From Camelus ferus (Eukaryota): a stretch of DNA of 64,000 nucleotides. The stretch covers positions 101,682,001 through 101,746,000 of the forward strand of contig NC_045696.1 in the NCBI RefSeq assembly GCF_009834535.1, given 5' to 3'. Below are positions 50,891 to 63,885 of this stretch, in pieces (within the stretch, counting starts at the first letter, position 1; every line of letters starts with the position of its first letter). The position numbers and the translations under genes were made by a program. Below the pieces are notes generated by a model. It searched no databases. It was not told the origin of the DNA and saw only the letters and a list, made by a program, of their open reading frames with translations.

Positions 50891-51199
50891 AATGCATTAG
50901 GGGTAAAATCCTAGAAATGTAGGATCAGCCACCAAGGAAGAGTGAAAGGCCTTGGTAAACAACCATGCCCACTGTATAGTCTACCACTACACTGCTGTAT
51001 GATGGGGTGTGGTTTGTAACATCTCTGAGCCACAAGGTCCTCATTTGGAAAATAAGAAATTTCTTAAGTTCCACATGACACTTTTCAACATACTGTTCAT
51101 TGTTCTGCATGAAAATGTATCTTTCTCTTCAAATTTTTCTTCCCTTTGTTGTATTCCTTGTTTTTATTTAGGAACTTGGTGGTTTAATGCTACAAAGGC

Positions 51200-52115
51200 A
51201 TTTCAGATAAAACTGAAATGAACAGAAAACAAACTTGCAAAAATAAAAATTGCAGTTCATACAGAAAAGGGCTATATATATATAAAGGAAGTTATATAAA
51301 AGAAGGAAGTCTCCTTCAAATTGGAAAGAAAAAAATCAAATTAAAAAAACTGGTAAAGTTCATAAAGAAACACATCCTGAAAGAAGAAATACTAATGATT
51401 CTTAAGTATATGAAGATGGCACAGAGAGCAATTCACATTAAAAATACACTGTGATACTACTTTTTACCCATTAGACCAGAAAAGATCCAAAAGTTTGGTA
51501 ATGCTCTCTATGGGCAAAACCTCCAGAAAGCAGGCCCCATGTGTACCTGCTATGGAAATAGAGCTGGGGAGACCCCTGTGGAGGGTAAGGAGCTGGCAGC
51601 TCTCCACATCACAAATGCACATGCCTTCTGAGACAGCAAAGTCAATTTTAAGATATTATCTTATAAATGTATCCCTGGTAACAAGATAATTCACTGCACA
51701 GTTATTTTTTTTAATAAAATACTGGAAATATCTGTCAATAGAAGATTGGTTTAAAAAAATAGGTATACTGCATACACACAGAGAAATAGCATACCTGAGG
51801 AAAAGCAAAGAAAAAAGAAAAACTGAGGTGCTGATATATATACTGATGTGAAAATATCTCAAAGAAGCACAGTCCAAAAGAATGAACACAGTATGATAAC
51901 ATTTGCTCAAGAAAAGCAGTTTACAATGTTTGCTCGAATTCACCTTAACATTTCACGAACAGCTTAGAAACTAATTATCCTGACTCCCAGTGTGGAAGAA
52001 AACTTGACAACTGGGAGACAGAGTTGGGAGAAACATTTTTTTCACTGTGAATTTGTTAATTTTTTAGAGTATTTAACCATATGGATGCATTGCTTATTCA
52101 AAATTAAATAAAACA
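51200..52115 (+). mobile_element. Ancient L1 (L1ME-like) 3' region
   Basis: 'cacattaaaaatacactgtgatactactttttacccattagac...caaatgcacatgccttctgagacagcaa...ctgtcaatagaagattggttt'. Confidence 0.8.
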
Positions 52116-53259
52116 CTTGTAAATTGTTATGATAGATGCCTCATAAAACTAAAAAGTTTGCTTCAATATTTATCTCACAAAATGTAGCAGTAATTATCAT
52201 AAGCTGGAAAAAATTCCCACAATATACAATTCTATCCAGGGAAAAGCACATATAAAAAAAAATTTAAAAGAATACATAAGCAGATCATTTGACTTAAAAA
52301 CAGTCTTTACTTATTACTTATTGACTTTTCCTAAAAATGAAGCACACGGGGTGGTTGATGTTGGTTTACATCATCAGTGTAACAACAGTGCAACAGTGTG
52401 CAGCTGGAACCTGATTATGTCTAGAGATGCAAACTTTGGTATCCTGCACTCAGCGGCTGGGGCACCAGTGCAGTCTACGCACGAGGAGCCTCTTCACGGC
52501 AGGAGAGGTGCCAATATATTTTCTTATTTCCTGGTTTATCTGTGATGAACCAGCAAAACATGACTAGACTCAAGATAAAGATCAACTCTCAGTTTTGCCT
52601 GATTCACTATGGAGACTGGATTTTCTTAAAGATGAGAATTGGCACCACAACTTAAGCTAGTGTACATATTTATTTTGAACACAGGGCCATAAGAAACTTC
52701 CCTGATTTTTTAAAGCCATAGGAAGCTATTTGGGGAAACTATAATAATGGGAGGATTGTCCAGAAGAGTCCAGTCAGCCACTGCCAGAAATGAAACTCCT
52801 CTCCTTGGATTTCTGATTGCATCTCAGCACTATAAAACTTTTATTTCATATCCTCCTATATATCCTTCGTATCCAGTTTACAAATAAATTCATTTGTAAA
52901 TTGTCTACATGTGCTTCTTTAGTAATAAATTATATATAAAACCTACACAAGAAATAGCAATATTTTTAAAGATCAAGAGGTAAATAAACATTTATAAAAG
53001 TTTTAAAACTTTCTTCTCACATTCCAACATCATGCACTGCTTGTGGTATACACACCCTAACATGGAACATCAAATTAAATAATTCAGTAATTTTGTCATA
53101 ATTTGCATACTATTAGAATGTTTTTTGTGAATATAATTGTAATGAATATCTGTCTCTAAACAGATAGATGACTTATACATAAAAAAAAAGATTTCACGAT
53201 CCTGAACTACACAGGAGGCTGTGTTCTACATACTTGGAATGAAATAATGATTAAGAACT

Positions 53260-54350
53260 CTTTCTCCTTGTCCTTAAGGAGCATTAGAACTTGGTAGGGA
53301 TATTGCAATCTATGCTTTTATGTAAAATCTATATTACCAGTAAGTGATAACTATCGTATACTCAAATGATTTGCAGTTTCGAGGGCAGACAAAAAGGCAT
53401 TTCAACAGGAATCTTCAAGAAAGACATGACTGAAGAGGCTAGGTTACAGCTTGGCTTTGAGTCATAAGAAGCTTTTCAACAAATGGAGATGGGTGTGGGC
53501 ACGTCATGATGGCTGCGATGCCATTCTACATGGGGAGAAAGGCAGGAGCAACATGGTAGAATGGTGAGGGGTGTTCAAAGGACAAGGAGAGGTAAGCTGG
53601 AAGTGTGAAGTGGGAGTCAGATTGGGGAGGACCTTGAATTGCTGGCTAAGGATTTGGGCGTTTACTTAACACTCAGTTAGAGAGCTCTGAGGAAGATGTG
53701 ATGGAATTGAAAGAATTCCAAAATAAGAGTTAGATAGCCTGGTTCTAGTGCTACTTATAGTTATTTGACTTCAAGAAAATTAGTCTCTCTAAGCCTCATT
53801 TCCTTTCCTAGATGAAAGCTTCTTTCATCACTGATATTCTAAATTATAGAATATAATTTATTATTATAAAGTCCTTATAGGACTTTTGAGCTTGCCTTGG
53901 CTTGAGCTGGAATCTGATTAAAAGTATATTCTAATAATCCAGAGTAGGGTAATGATGGTCTACCCTAGGGAGGTGGCAATGGAGGAAGGCAGTGGTTCCC
54001 ACAACACAGAACAAGCACTGCCCTGCTACAGGCTTTATTTAAGAAATTGTCCAAATGAGAATGGGAAGGAGGAAAGAATATGAATGACATTGCCAAGATC
54101 GTACCTTGGGGCATGGTGAGTAACTGGCAACAGGGACAGGAAGAAGATTCAAAAATTGTCCACCTGCATTACCAAGAGAACTTCAGCACCATTATCACAG
54201 AGACTGGGAAAATATTCTAGAAGAAGGAGGTGAGGATAGTTTACTTATTGAGTTTAAGTAGGTAGAAGATTTTCCAGGTCAAAATGTCCAGCAAGGAGCT
54301 GTTACCTCGACATTAAAATTACGGATTTGAGCATCATCATCCCTCAAAAA
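53260..54350 (-). mobile_element. L2 fragments with a MIR piece at about 53700-53850
   Basis: 'gtcagattggggaggaccttgaattgctggctaaggatttgg', 'ttgagtttaag...ccaggtcaaaatgtccagcaagg'. Confidence 0.6.
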
Positions 54351-55996
54351 GAAAATTCAAGATCAGAATTATAAATAAGTGCTTTCAAAGAGTTTATAAA
54401 GACAGGGAAATGCTCAGGAATAAAAAAAGCAATACATACATTTGGTTGCAATGTATGTAATTATATATTCATAGATAAAAGGTAAAAACAAAATAATTAA
54501 AATATAATCATTCAGTCTATATTATGAACATATGAGCGAACTTTATCCTTTATGCTTTTGCCTTCCAGTATTCTATAACCTACATTACTCTTATAAACAG
54601 AAAAGAAAAACAGTAAGAAATGAAAAGAAAAGAAAAGAAAAGAAATGCAAAAATAAAAAGGATGATCAAAAAGTTTCTATTAAACTTTAATAAATGTTTT
54701 TATAGTAAGTCATAAATGTCTCTGGAAAAAGAGGTCTGTTTCAGAAGTGCTCACACTGACTAAAAATCACACTTCATAGAAATCCAATGGGACGCACTAC
54801 AAGAATCAATTTTCTCAAGACTGCATAGTTCCAGTTATAAACAATGAGCTATTTATTCTCCCATTCCTGGTAGAGTCGAACACATTGTATCTGTCTTCTT
54901 CCATAACAAGTTTCTGTATACTTAAAAGAGAAGGGAAAATACATCTGGACATGGAGAAAACCTCCGAGGAAGAAAAAATAACACTAAGTGTCAAGAGAGA
55001 AAACTTGAGTTTCAAAAGTACAGGTCTGCCCCATTAAATTAACTCCATCACCAAGTAATAAAACTGAGACTTCAATTTTAATTTTATGCTTGGCAGCATC
55101 TTGTCTCTTAACCCCTGACAAAAAGCTGTATCAAACATAGGAGGAGTCTTAAGCTGAAAAAGAAACACTTTTATTAAATCTAGAATTAAGCAACCTCGTT
55201 TGTTAGGTCACATGTAACTGGAGTATAAAAAACAAAGTAAATACACTGGCTTTGTCTACTCAGAAATTCTTATTTATGTAATATTATAATTAGGCTAGAG
55301 CAGAATATAATACACAATGAACGAGATACAAGATTCTAGGGTTATTCTGAAGTTGGTTAGTATTTTTCCTTCCTAGCTATTTGGAAGGAAGCTGCATAGG
55401 TTATACCAACTGGCCTGAGACATTTATTTCTCCTAATGAGAACTCTCCCAGGGCCACTTGGATATAGATTAAAAACAAAACTGACCCATGGGATGTCATG
55501 AATAAAGAGAACAGACAGTGACAGAACAAAGGAGAGGCCATTCCTTATGTAACATTTAGGTGGGAGGTAACTCAGATGCTAGGTGCTCATCTATAATTTC
55601 TTAGCCCAACGGGAGTGATCACTGGGTCAGTCTAGGTGATTGACTCCACACCTGGAGCACCAAAAAGTGATGTCCAGCTTAATACTAACCGAGCCTAGAA
55701 CAATTCTCCAAGAACTATAGCTGCACCATAATTGACTTTCTAATATTGTCTGCTTGTGATCTCCCTTGAGTTTTGGAAAACAACGTAACATATTGAAAGG
55801 AACACGTGTGTTTTGAAACTAGAGAGACTTAGATTTAAATCCCAGTGCCACCATGTTACACTTGTCATGTGACCTTAGATGAGTCATTTAACCATTTGGA
55901 ACCTGAGTTTTTGCATCTGTAAAAAAGGGGGGAGAATATTCTACCACAGAGGATAATCATAAGAATTAAGTGAGATAACATACAAAATATTGTAAC

Positions 55997-56832
55997 TGTA
56001 TCAGCTCAATGCTAATATAGCAAATTGCCTTGTCACAGAAAACTGTTGTATTCTCCAGAGAAGCAGAACCAATAAGAGACAGATGATACATACATACATA
56101 CATAGACATATATATGGAAAGAGAGATTATGAAAGCTGAGAAATCCCAAGATCTGAAGCAAGCAAGGTGGAGACTCAGATAATATAGTCCCAGTCCAAAA
56201 GCCTACAGACGTCAGACCCAAAAAGAGCCAATGTTTCACTTTGAGTCCAAAGACAGGAAAAGGCTGATATTCTAGCTCAAGCAGTCAGGAAAGAAGAGAT
56301 CTATCTTACTTGCCAGGTCTCAGCCTTCTTCTTTGATTCAGGCTTTCAACTGACTGGATGAGGCCCACCTACATTGGGAGAACAATCTCCTTCACTCAGT
56401 GCAATGATTCAAATATCATCCAGAAACACCCTCACCCACACACAGACACCCAGAATAATGTTTGACCAAATATCTGGGCACCTCATGGCCCTGTCAAGTT
56501 GACACAAGAAGTTAATCATCACTACAAAATCTTAGTGGTTTACAAGGAGCGTTCATTCTCCTTAGATCAATAGCTACCGTACCAGGCATGATCTCACAGC
56601 AGTGGCAGACACACATGAGAACATGCCCATTTCATGCACAAGCACATTTAAACATTTGTTCACATCATGTCTGCCAACATCTGATTAACTAAAGCAAGCC
56701 ACATGGCAAGCACAACTTTAGCAGAGCATGGAAATACACCCACCTCCGGTAGAAAAAACTGCAAAGCCATAGAACAAAGGGCCTGGATATAGAGATGGCA
56801 AACATTGGGGGGAAACAGTACAATTTACTGTG
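55997..56832 (-). mobile_element. MLT1 LTR inserted in the MIR and itself split by MLT2
   Basis: 5-bp TSD GTAAC (55992-55996 and 56833-56837). Body 'caaaatcttagtggtttacaa...ctaaagcaagccacatggcaagc'. Confidence 0.75.
56047..56522 (-). mobile_element. MLT2 (ERVL) solo LTR
   Basis: 'ttctccagagaagcagaaccaata...ctttcaactgactggatgaggcccacc...tttgaccaaatatctgggcacc...gtcaagttgacac'. Confidence 0.9.
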
Positions 56833-57159
56833 GTAACCCAGTGCCTGGCACATGTTAGATACTCAACAAATTTTATTTGTGTGCCTTTCCAAATCCCTCC
56901 ACCCCAGTTCCACTTGCTGTTTTACAAGAATTTTCCCATCCCTCTTTGCAGTGCTCTACGTTGAATACTAAAATAATATTTTAAAGAATTAAGATAACAC
57001 CATTAATAAGAAAATGCTCTTTCACTCTATGGAGAGTTTCATGTACCAGGCAAGATGCTTTTTCACCTGACTCACAATACCTGTTAGTTCATTGCCCTGA
57101 GTGGTTTTACAATCAATTAAGAATGTACAATGTGTGTAAGTAATTTACAGCCTATTCTT

Positions 57160-57585
57160 CAGTGTGCCCTACTTTACACTTGCCTGTGTTGAATTTCACC
57201 TGCTGTTATTTTGCTCAATTAACTATGTTTGTTCCACAATTATCTAATCTATTTAGTATGTTCTGGGAGTCTTTAAAGCTCCTTTCCCATCTCTGCCCTG
57301 ACTAAATAATTTATCATCTGGTATGTTAACTGTCTGGCCATTCAGCCCAGCTTGGTAGAAATTTCTTTAAAAGTATAAACATTTCAACTCTCAGTGTAGA
57401 AGGTATGGATGTTGTACAATTAATTTCTTTTCATGCTGTGACCTGCCTTTTTCTCTTCCTTGTTTTACTAATCTCTCAACTTGCTTTTAAATCCATAACC
57501 GAATTTTACATCTCAACACAATGCTACCAGTTGCTGTACGTACTTCTTTATGGAACAAATATGAAGATCTTATCAAGATGTCAAC
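57160..57585 (-). mobile_element. CR1/L3 LINE remnant (reverse-transcriptase region)
   Basis: 'ctttacacttgcctgtgttgaatttcacctgc' and 'taatttatcatctg' resemble reverse CR1 ORF2 motifs. Confidence 0.55.
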
Positions 57586-57744
57586 AGTCAGTTAGTAACT
57601 TGAGGCAACATGAAAATTACTCATAAAGAATGAAGGGTTCAGGTGGAATTTTAAACTGTAGAGGCCAATGTTTAACAGTAAGATAGGTATTTAACCATTA
57701 AGTTGTCTTATTTCAAGAGAACACTAATAGGTATTGCCCCTTCT

Positions 57745-57950
57745 AGGATCTATCAGGCACTGTGTGGATGTGCTCAGACACTTTATTTCACTTTAATTCT
57801 CACCACAACCTTACCACATTGGTACTGTTATCTCTACTTTAAGGATGAAAAAACTGAGTTAACCACCGTTTAAAGGACTTGACCAGGGTTACTGGCAAAT
57901 ATGTGAAAATCCTAATGGTTGATTCCAAAGTCCCATCTTTTCTCTAAATC
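57745..57950 (-). mobile_element. MIR SINE
   Basis: 'caggcactgtg...tttaattctcaccacaacc...gatgaaaaaactgag...gacttgaccagggt'. Confidence 0.8.
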
Positions 57951-60029
57951 TCACTAATAGCTCTTTCTCATTCCTTTGTCTGTGACTCTTAGTGATAAAC
58001 AAAAGTTCTCACCATTCCATAACTATATTGGAAATTAAGTAGTACTTTTCAAAAAGAAATGGAAGCAATAGGAAAAAAAAATACCACTTTTTTTTTCAAA
58101 CTATACTCTTCCCTTAAAAATGTATCTAATATGACCTACTATGGGAATATTCCCCCTCTCTATTTGAAAATCAATCCTTTATAATATTTAAATCAGTTCA
58201 TGAAAATTATCTTCCCCAACACCAGTCTCCAAATTCACTAAGCTTATTTAAGATTCTCACTGTAAAGTATCTCCAAACATTTTCGGTCACACATTCCTAT
58301 TAGTAAAAATTTTTGCATATCCATCATCTCTAAAGTAAGTATATTGATTTACACATCATTTACGTGGGCAACTTTGATCCATATGGTATAAAGCTGATGT
58401 TTTACTTATTTTTAGGAAACAAATAAAATTAGTTTTGATAGCTCTTCTTCCACCTCAGTGTGGGAGGAAAGGAAGTTAGAGACCAGTGCTGAATTATAAG
58501 CTCCTTGCAGTCCTTAACAGTGTCTTATTTTCCTCTGACTCTTTAAGACTTGACATAGACCTGGACCATGCCAGGCATGGAATTGAGGCTTGTAAGATGA
58601 ACAATGAATAACGGAGCTGACATTTTAGGAAAAGATCAGAGCCAAGCCTTTGTTGTACTTCTCTAACTTCAGAAAAATATTTTGTCAAGGACCCATCAGA
58701 CCTTACATTCTTTTCTCAAATAATATAAATTTTCTCACGAAATGAATCTGTCTTGCGGCCGCAACACTCAAATCCCCACTCTAAGATGGAGTGGTTCCCA
58801 GGAAAGGGCATTGGCGTGAGACTTTCAGATTTGAGTTCTGGCTCTGTCACTGGCTCAACTTCACACCCTTGCACAAATCACTCAAACCTCTGAGTCTCTT
58901 TTTTTATCAAGGATTAGAAAAGATTAGAATAGAGAATTATGAATAATGCTGCAGCTATACCCACCTAAATAAGAGGATGCTTATAATATTTTTCCTAAAA
59001 ATAAAAGTTATATTGTGTATATTCAGCGACTTATATAAACACCTTGAAAAATAGTTACTTGAACCAGTCTTATACTGAGAAAAAAAATCCAAAAGTTGTT
59101 CTTTCTTCTTTATATTCAAATAAGCAAATGATGCCCAGGGGTGAGTAAGGATGCGGCTTGGTCTGATGTTCTGCTACAGCTAAACACAGTAAGTGTTGTA
59201 AGAGACACTACCCTCCAGCAACTCCCACATAAACCCAATGTCTATAACGTCTCAACTCTGTTTCCCTAGGAAGCCTATCTTTTTGGTAGAATCTCTAAGG
59301 AGAGATGAAGACAATCAAATTAAGACTAATGAGTCTGCAGTTAAGAGCCAAATCACAAACTTACTTGTGATGGTCTATCTTTGTTCAGGGGATGCTTGCA
59401 ACTTGATTAAATTACAAAAATACTGTTATAGAAAAAGACAAAGGAGGGTGGGGGTCAGGGGAGGAGAGACTCTAAGAACAGCTAAAAATCTCCATTTTCG
59501 AAGAAACAATATTAATTTATACAGTTAAATATATCATATAAGTTGTTCTGCCAGACATACATTGTATCCAAAAATTGCCTCTTGGAGTTTTGTCAGACTC
59601 TGATGTTTCAAAGACCATACTAATGTGAAAGACTGAAATAAGTTATACTGAACAAATGGAAAATTCTGCCATTAGACGGCAATTTTCTGTCAGAGATCTG
59701 CCCCTTATCTTTTGAATTAGATCTAGATGCCTTCCTGGAAATAAGCATTCTTATCAGAGACTGAAGTGGTCCCAATACAAAAGAGAAAGTTTAAATACTC
59801 TAGAGTTTCACAAGGCAATCCTCTGACTATTCCAGTGAATAAAGTGAATTTGGAAAGTTTTTTCTTTGTTTAAATGCCACTTCACAGGAACCATTCTATA
59901 GCTTTTCCTCTCATTCTAAAGTGTTTCCCACCAAGGATGTAAGACTCAGCTCAAGAAGTGCCCAAAGCCAGCTTTTGAGCCCCTACTAACAGCCAAGTGC
60001 TTTTAGGATGCCATTTGAGCATGGATAAG

Positions 60030-60150
60030 ACAAAAATTATCCCCTTTTTATAGCTGAGTAAATTGAGGCTCGAAAAAGTTAAATAGCCTGCCCAAATCCA
60101 GACAGCTAGCCAATGGCCAAGGTCTGTTTACCCCAAAGCTCACTATCTTG
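60030..60150 (-). mobile_element. MIR fragment
   Basis: 'ttatccccttttttatagctgagtaaattgaggctcgaaaaagttaaatagcctgccca'. Confidence 0.75.
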
Positions 60151-61902
60151 CACTAGCGTGTGAACAACCTGCTGATATGCTGACCGTTCCAGTCTCGTTT
60201 TCACCTCAACAGTGACAAAATAAAATAGAATCTCTCCAGACACTTCTGTTCTCTCTTACAAGATGAATCCTTACTCTTGATTTGACTTTTTTTGTGGGCA
60301 TTTTCTTATTATTTAAAATTGAACACTTAACTTTTTTTTCCTCTAAAAACAAAGCCACAATTCCTTAATTAATAGTGCACACACGTTAAGTTTAAAGCTA
60401 GGAAAAGTGAGTTACTCAAATGTATAAAGAAACCCACTCTAGTAGTAACTTTCTACTTAGGAACCTACAGTGTTTTCATATCTATCATCTCACTCCTTAC
60501 AGCATCTTTCTAGAAAATCTAATTACCACATTTCATGATTAGTTATAGGGTCCAAACACTGCTATTTCTAAACTAGCTTATCCAAAGGACCTGCAGGAGG
60601 AGAGAAAAATTTATCTCATTGTACTAGCCTCAGCATAGGTTTTTCCTAAGTAAAAACAGAACTGAAGGATAGCAGATGTTCTAGCAGAATATACTTCTAA
60701 CCCACAACTATAGCCCAGTGGCTTTTCACAAAGTGTTTCTTTCCATTCTCACACTGCTGCCTGATCACTCCTTTCCCTCAAAGAAATTTTGGACAGATTT
60801 TAGAATCATGATCCAGTGAATTTCTACATCATTCTTACAGCTTATAATGTGTACACACCTGTGCACACATGCCTATTTATTTACTTACTTGTTTATTTAT
60901 TAGAAAAGCTACAACAATATGTCTTTCCTTACTAAAGCCTGGTGATTATGCAAGCCCAGGCAAGAAGAATTTGTGTCATTTTCACTGGGGTTCCACAAGC
61001 TTTGACATTCTCACAATTTTATTTTCTTAAAAACTAGTGAGTAACTAGTTTTCTGTAACAGTTATACAGAATAAAAAAAGTATTGCTATCCACGCCTTTA
61101 AACATAACTAGACTAGTAATTAGACTCTGAATTTGATAATGAAATTATCCTCAGGAGGTTTCACAGATACTCATCTCATTCAACATGTCCTTAGCCAGCT
61201 CAAGCATAAATTTTCATGGCATTTAATAGATATTCATTGCAACAAGGGAAAAGGGATAGAAAGAGATACCTTCAAAGTCTCAAAAATAAAATAACACTAA
61301 GATCTACCCAAAATGCCAGTTGTCGCCCCACTGTTACGGCTCAAAATTACCTGGAATAAGAGGCCTTGTTATGGTGTCCAAAGGTCCCCATTTACTACCC
61401 CAAAGCCTGGTTAACTACACCTTTGTACAGGTTATCATATGAGTAAATAATAGATTTCCACCACTCGTCATTCTATCTTGTTATCATGCAGAAGATCACA
61501 TCAATGCAAATTGCGCACACTGATAGCAACTCAGCAAGTAATGTTTGCTGTCACTATGAAACACATATTCCATCCATTCGCCAAAAAGCTGTCCCTGTGA
61601 TTAAAAAGGATTCTTAGAGAAAGGAATGTAATCCAAATTGGAAATGAGAACCATCATTGAGTTGCCAACTTTTCTCTTAGATGAGAAAGATAGTTCAGAT
61701 GGATCTTTATTTCTTGTTTTCCAAACACCTACCAAATAGGACAGCAGGAGAAGCTGCACAGAGGCCTCACAAGAGGGTACAAAACTTCCCTAATTTGTAT
61801 TTATCATTGTGATTATCACCAATGAGTTCACCAGCAATATACAACTCCTCTCTGAATATAACAAGCTGTGCTGGGCAGAGCCCTGTCCATTTTCCTAAGA
61901 CA

Positions 61903-62313
61903 TGTATTAGTTAGTTTGCTAGAGCTGCCTAACAAAGTACTACAGATAATGTGGCTTACACAGCAGAAATGTGTTGTCTCATAGTTATGGAGGCTAGAAA
62001 TCTAAAATCAAGGTGTCAGCAGGGTTGGTTCCATCTGAGGGCTGTGAGGGAAGTATCTGTTCCAGGCCCCTTTCCTTGGCTTGTAGATGGCTGTATTCTC
62101 CCTCTGTCTCTTCACATTTTCCTACCTCTATGTGCATCTCCATGTCCAAGTTTCCCCTTTTTATAAGGACACCAGTCATGTTGGGTTAGGGCCCACCCTA
62201 CTGACCTCGTTTTAATTTGATTATCTCTATAAAGATTCTATCTCCACATAAGGTCACATGCTGGGGGTTAGTACTTCAAACTATGAATCTGGAGTAGATA
62301 CAATTCAACCAAG
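61903..62313 (-). mobile_element. MaLR solo LTR (MLT1B/C-like)
   Basis: 'tgtattagttagtttgctagagctgcctaacaaagtac...aatcaaggtgtcagcagggttgg...ttttataaggacaccagtcatgttgggttagggcccaccct'. Confidence 0.92.
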
Positions 62314-62565
62314 ACATTACTACCTAAATATCACATACAGTTTAGGAGAACTGTGCCACATTTTATCAGTAAGTTACTTGGATCATCACCAAATTTTAAT
62401 AAGAGGCTGGTGCAGATACAGGAGATCCAAATAGCAGAAGCGCCCAAATTCTGCCCTCAAAAGCAAACCAATCTAATTGAAAAATTGGACACAAACACAA
62501 AATAACAATATGGTGTGCTTGTGATGAATAGTAAGATAGAATTTTACAAACTGAATTACATCCTT

Positions 62566-62742
62566 CCATTTCCTCCCTTCCTCCCTTCCTCCCTTCCTCC
62601 CTTCCTCCCTCCCTTCCTCCCTCCCTTCCTCCCTTCTTCCCTTTCTCCCTTTCTCTCTCTCTCCCTCCCTTCCTCCCTTCTTCCCTTTCTCTCTCTCTCC
62701 CTCCCTTCCTTCCTTCCTTTCTTCCTTTCTTTCTTTCTTTTT
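62566..62742. repeat. Polypyrimidine compound microsatellite (CCTT/CCCT/CT/CTTT)
   Basis: Directly visible C/T tract of about 175 bp. Confidence 0.97.
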
Positions 62743-63179
62743 ACATTTTGGATCCTCTCATCTTTATTTTTTTCAACCCCCAGAGGCTCTTCACAGTCTC
62801 TGGTCCCCTCTCCAGGCTGGTTCAAGCCCTTTCCCAGAGCACCACCTTGGATCATATAGTTGCTCAATACACTTCCATTTCCTTTAGATTTTCATTGTAC
62901 ATTCACCAGTGCAACCAAACTTGACTTGTCTGAGCAACCACAGCAGGAATCGCAGCCATCACTTAATCAGAATGAGTAGAGGCCAAATACAAACAGAAAA
63001 AACACCTGGAAATTGCTTTTAGGTGTAATAGGCCAGCATCAGAGCTCAATGTACAATAATGTATTGACAGAACCTTTCTGTCTGGTTTACTTGCTCTGGA
63101 TGCCAGTTTCTATACTTGTGCTAGCAAGTAGCACAACTGCCGGCTGTTATTCGGGTCACTTTATTTGGTTTTCCCAACA

Positions 63180-63325
63180 CTGAGACGTGTATTGTAAGTC
63201 TATAAATGAGGACAATGAAGCTCAGGACCCCTTAGTTGACGTGGGCAAGGTTATACCATAACTTGGCACTAAAAGTAGGTCTAGATCTTGGGTTCTTTCT
63301 GCTCTCCCCACTACTCTGCTTCTCA
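63180..63325 (-). mobile_element. MIR fragment
   Basis: 'tataaatgaggacaatgaagctcag...gggcaaggttatac'. Confidence 0.6.
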
Positions 63326-63885
63326 TAAAGTGGGCAAGGACTGCAAACCTTTGCGTGGGTACGTTTGTTTCGTGCAGTTTGTCAGCTAATCCGCACCTGA
63401 CCCAGGCAGCTGCTTCGTAAATGTGTTTTGTGGGCCACGAGGCCTATCAGTGTAGGGTTGTGAGTGAATCAATAAAAAGAACTCAAAATGAATGTTCTAC
63501 CAATTCTGGGTCAAGAGCTATCTACCTACCTTCTTACATGAAAAATGGGTTTTTATTAATATTATAGACAGACAACTTTAAAAAAAGCCAAACAAACAAA
63601 CAAACAAAAAGACATTCTTTGGAACTACTTCTGTTCCCACAGTCTTGATACTGTGTTTACAGATCTGTTACTACAGTTTCATGCACTCCCATGGCATGTT
63701 CCTACTTGTATCATTCTTGTTCCTACTGACTATAAGGAGTAGACAGAGAATCACTGCAGCTGTGGAGGAGAGAGAGAAATACAATAGAACAGTCATTGGA
63801 GTAATTGAGCTTACACAGTGGTGATTCTCAAACCAAGGAGTCCTGTCCCTAAGGAGACCTCAGAGTCACGTGGCATGATAGATTA

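Larger units (their letters stand above)
55790..56880 (+). mobile_element. MIR split by nested LTRs (MIR at about 55790-55996 and 56833-56880)
   Basis: 'tttaaatcccagtgccacc...gtgaccttag...ctgagtttttgcatctgtaaaa' resumes as 'ccagtgcctggcacatgttagatactcaacaaat'. Confidence 0.85.

Noticed and set aside
54755..54920. Minus-strand exon candidate after 'ttttcccttctcttttaag'
   Set aside because: AAG acceptor, poor donor context, stops in all frames and no recognisable peptide.
62515..62867. Pro/Ser/Phe-rich and Arg/Glu/Gly-rich ORFs
   Set aside because: They are translations of the polypyrimidine microsatellite.
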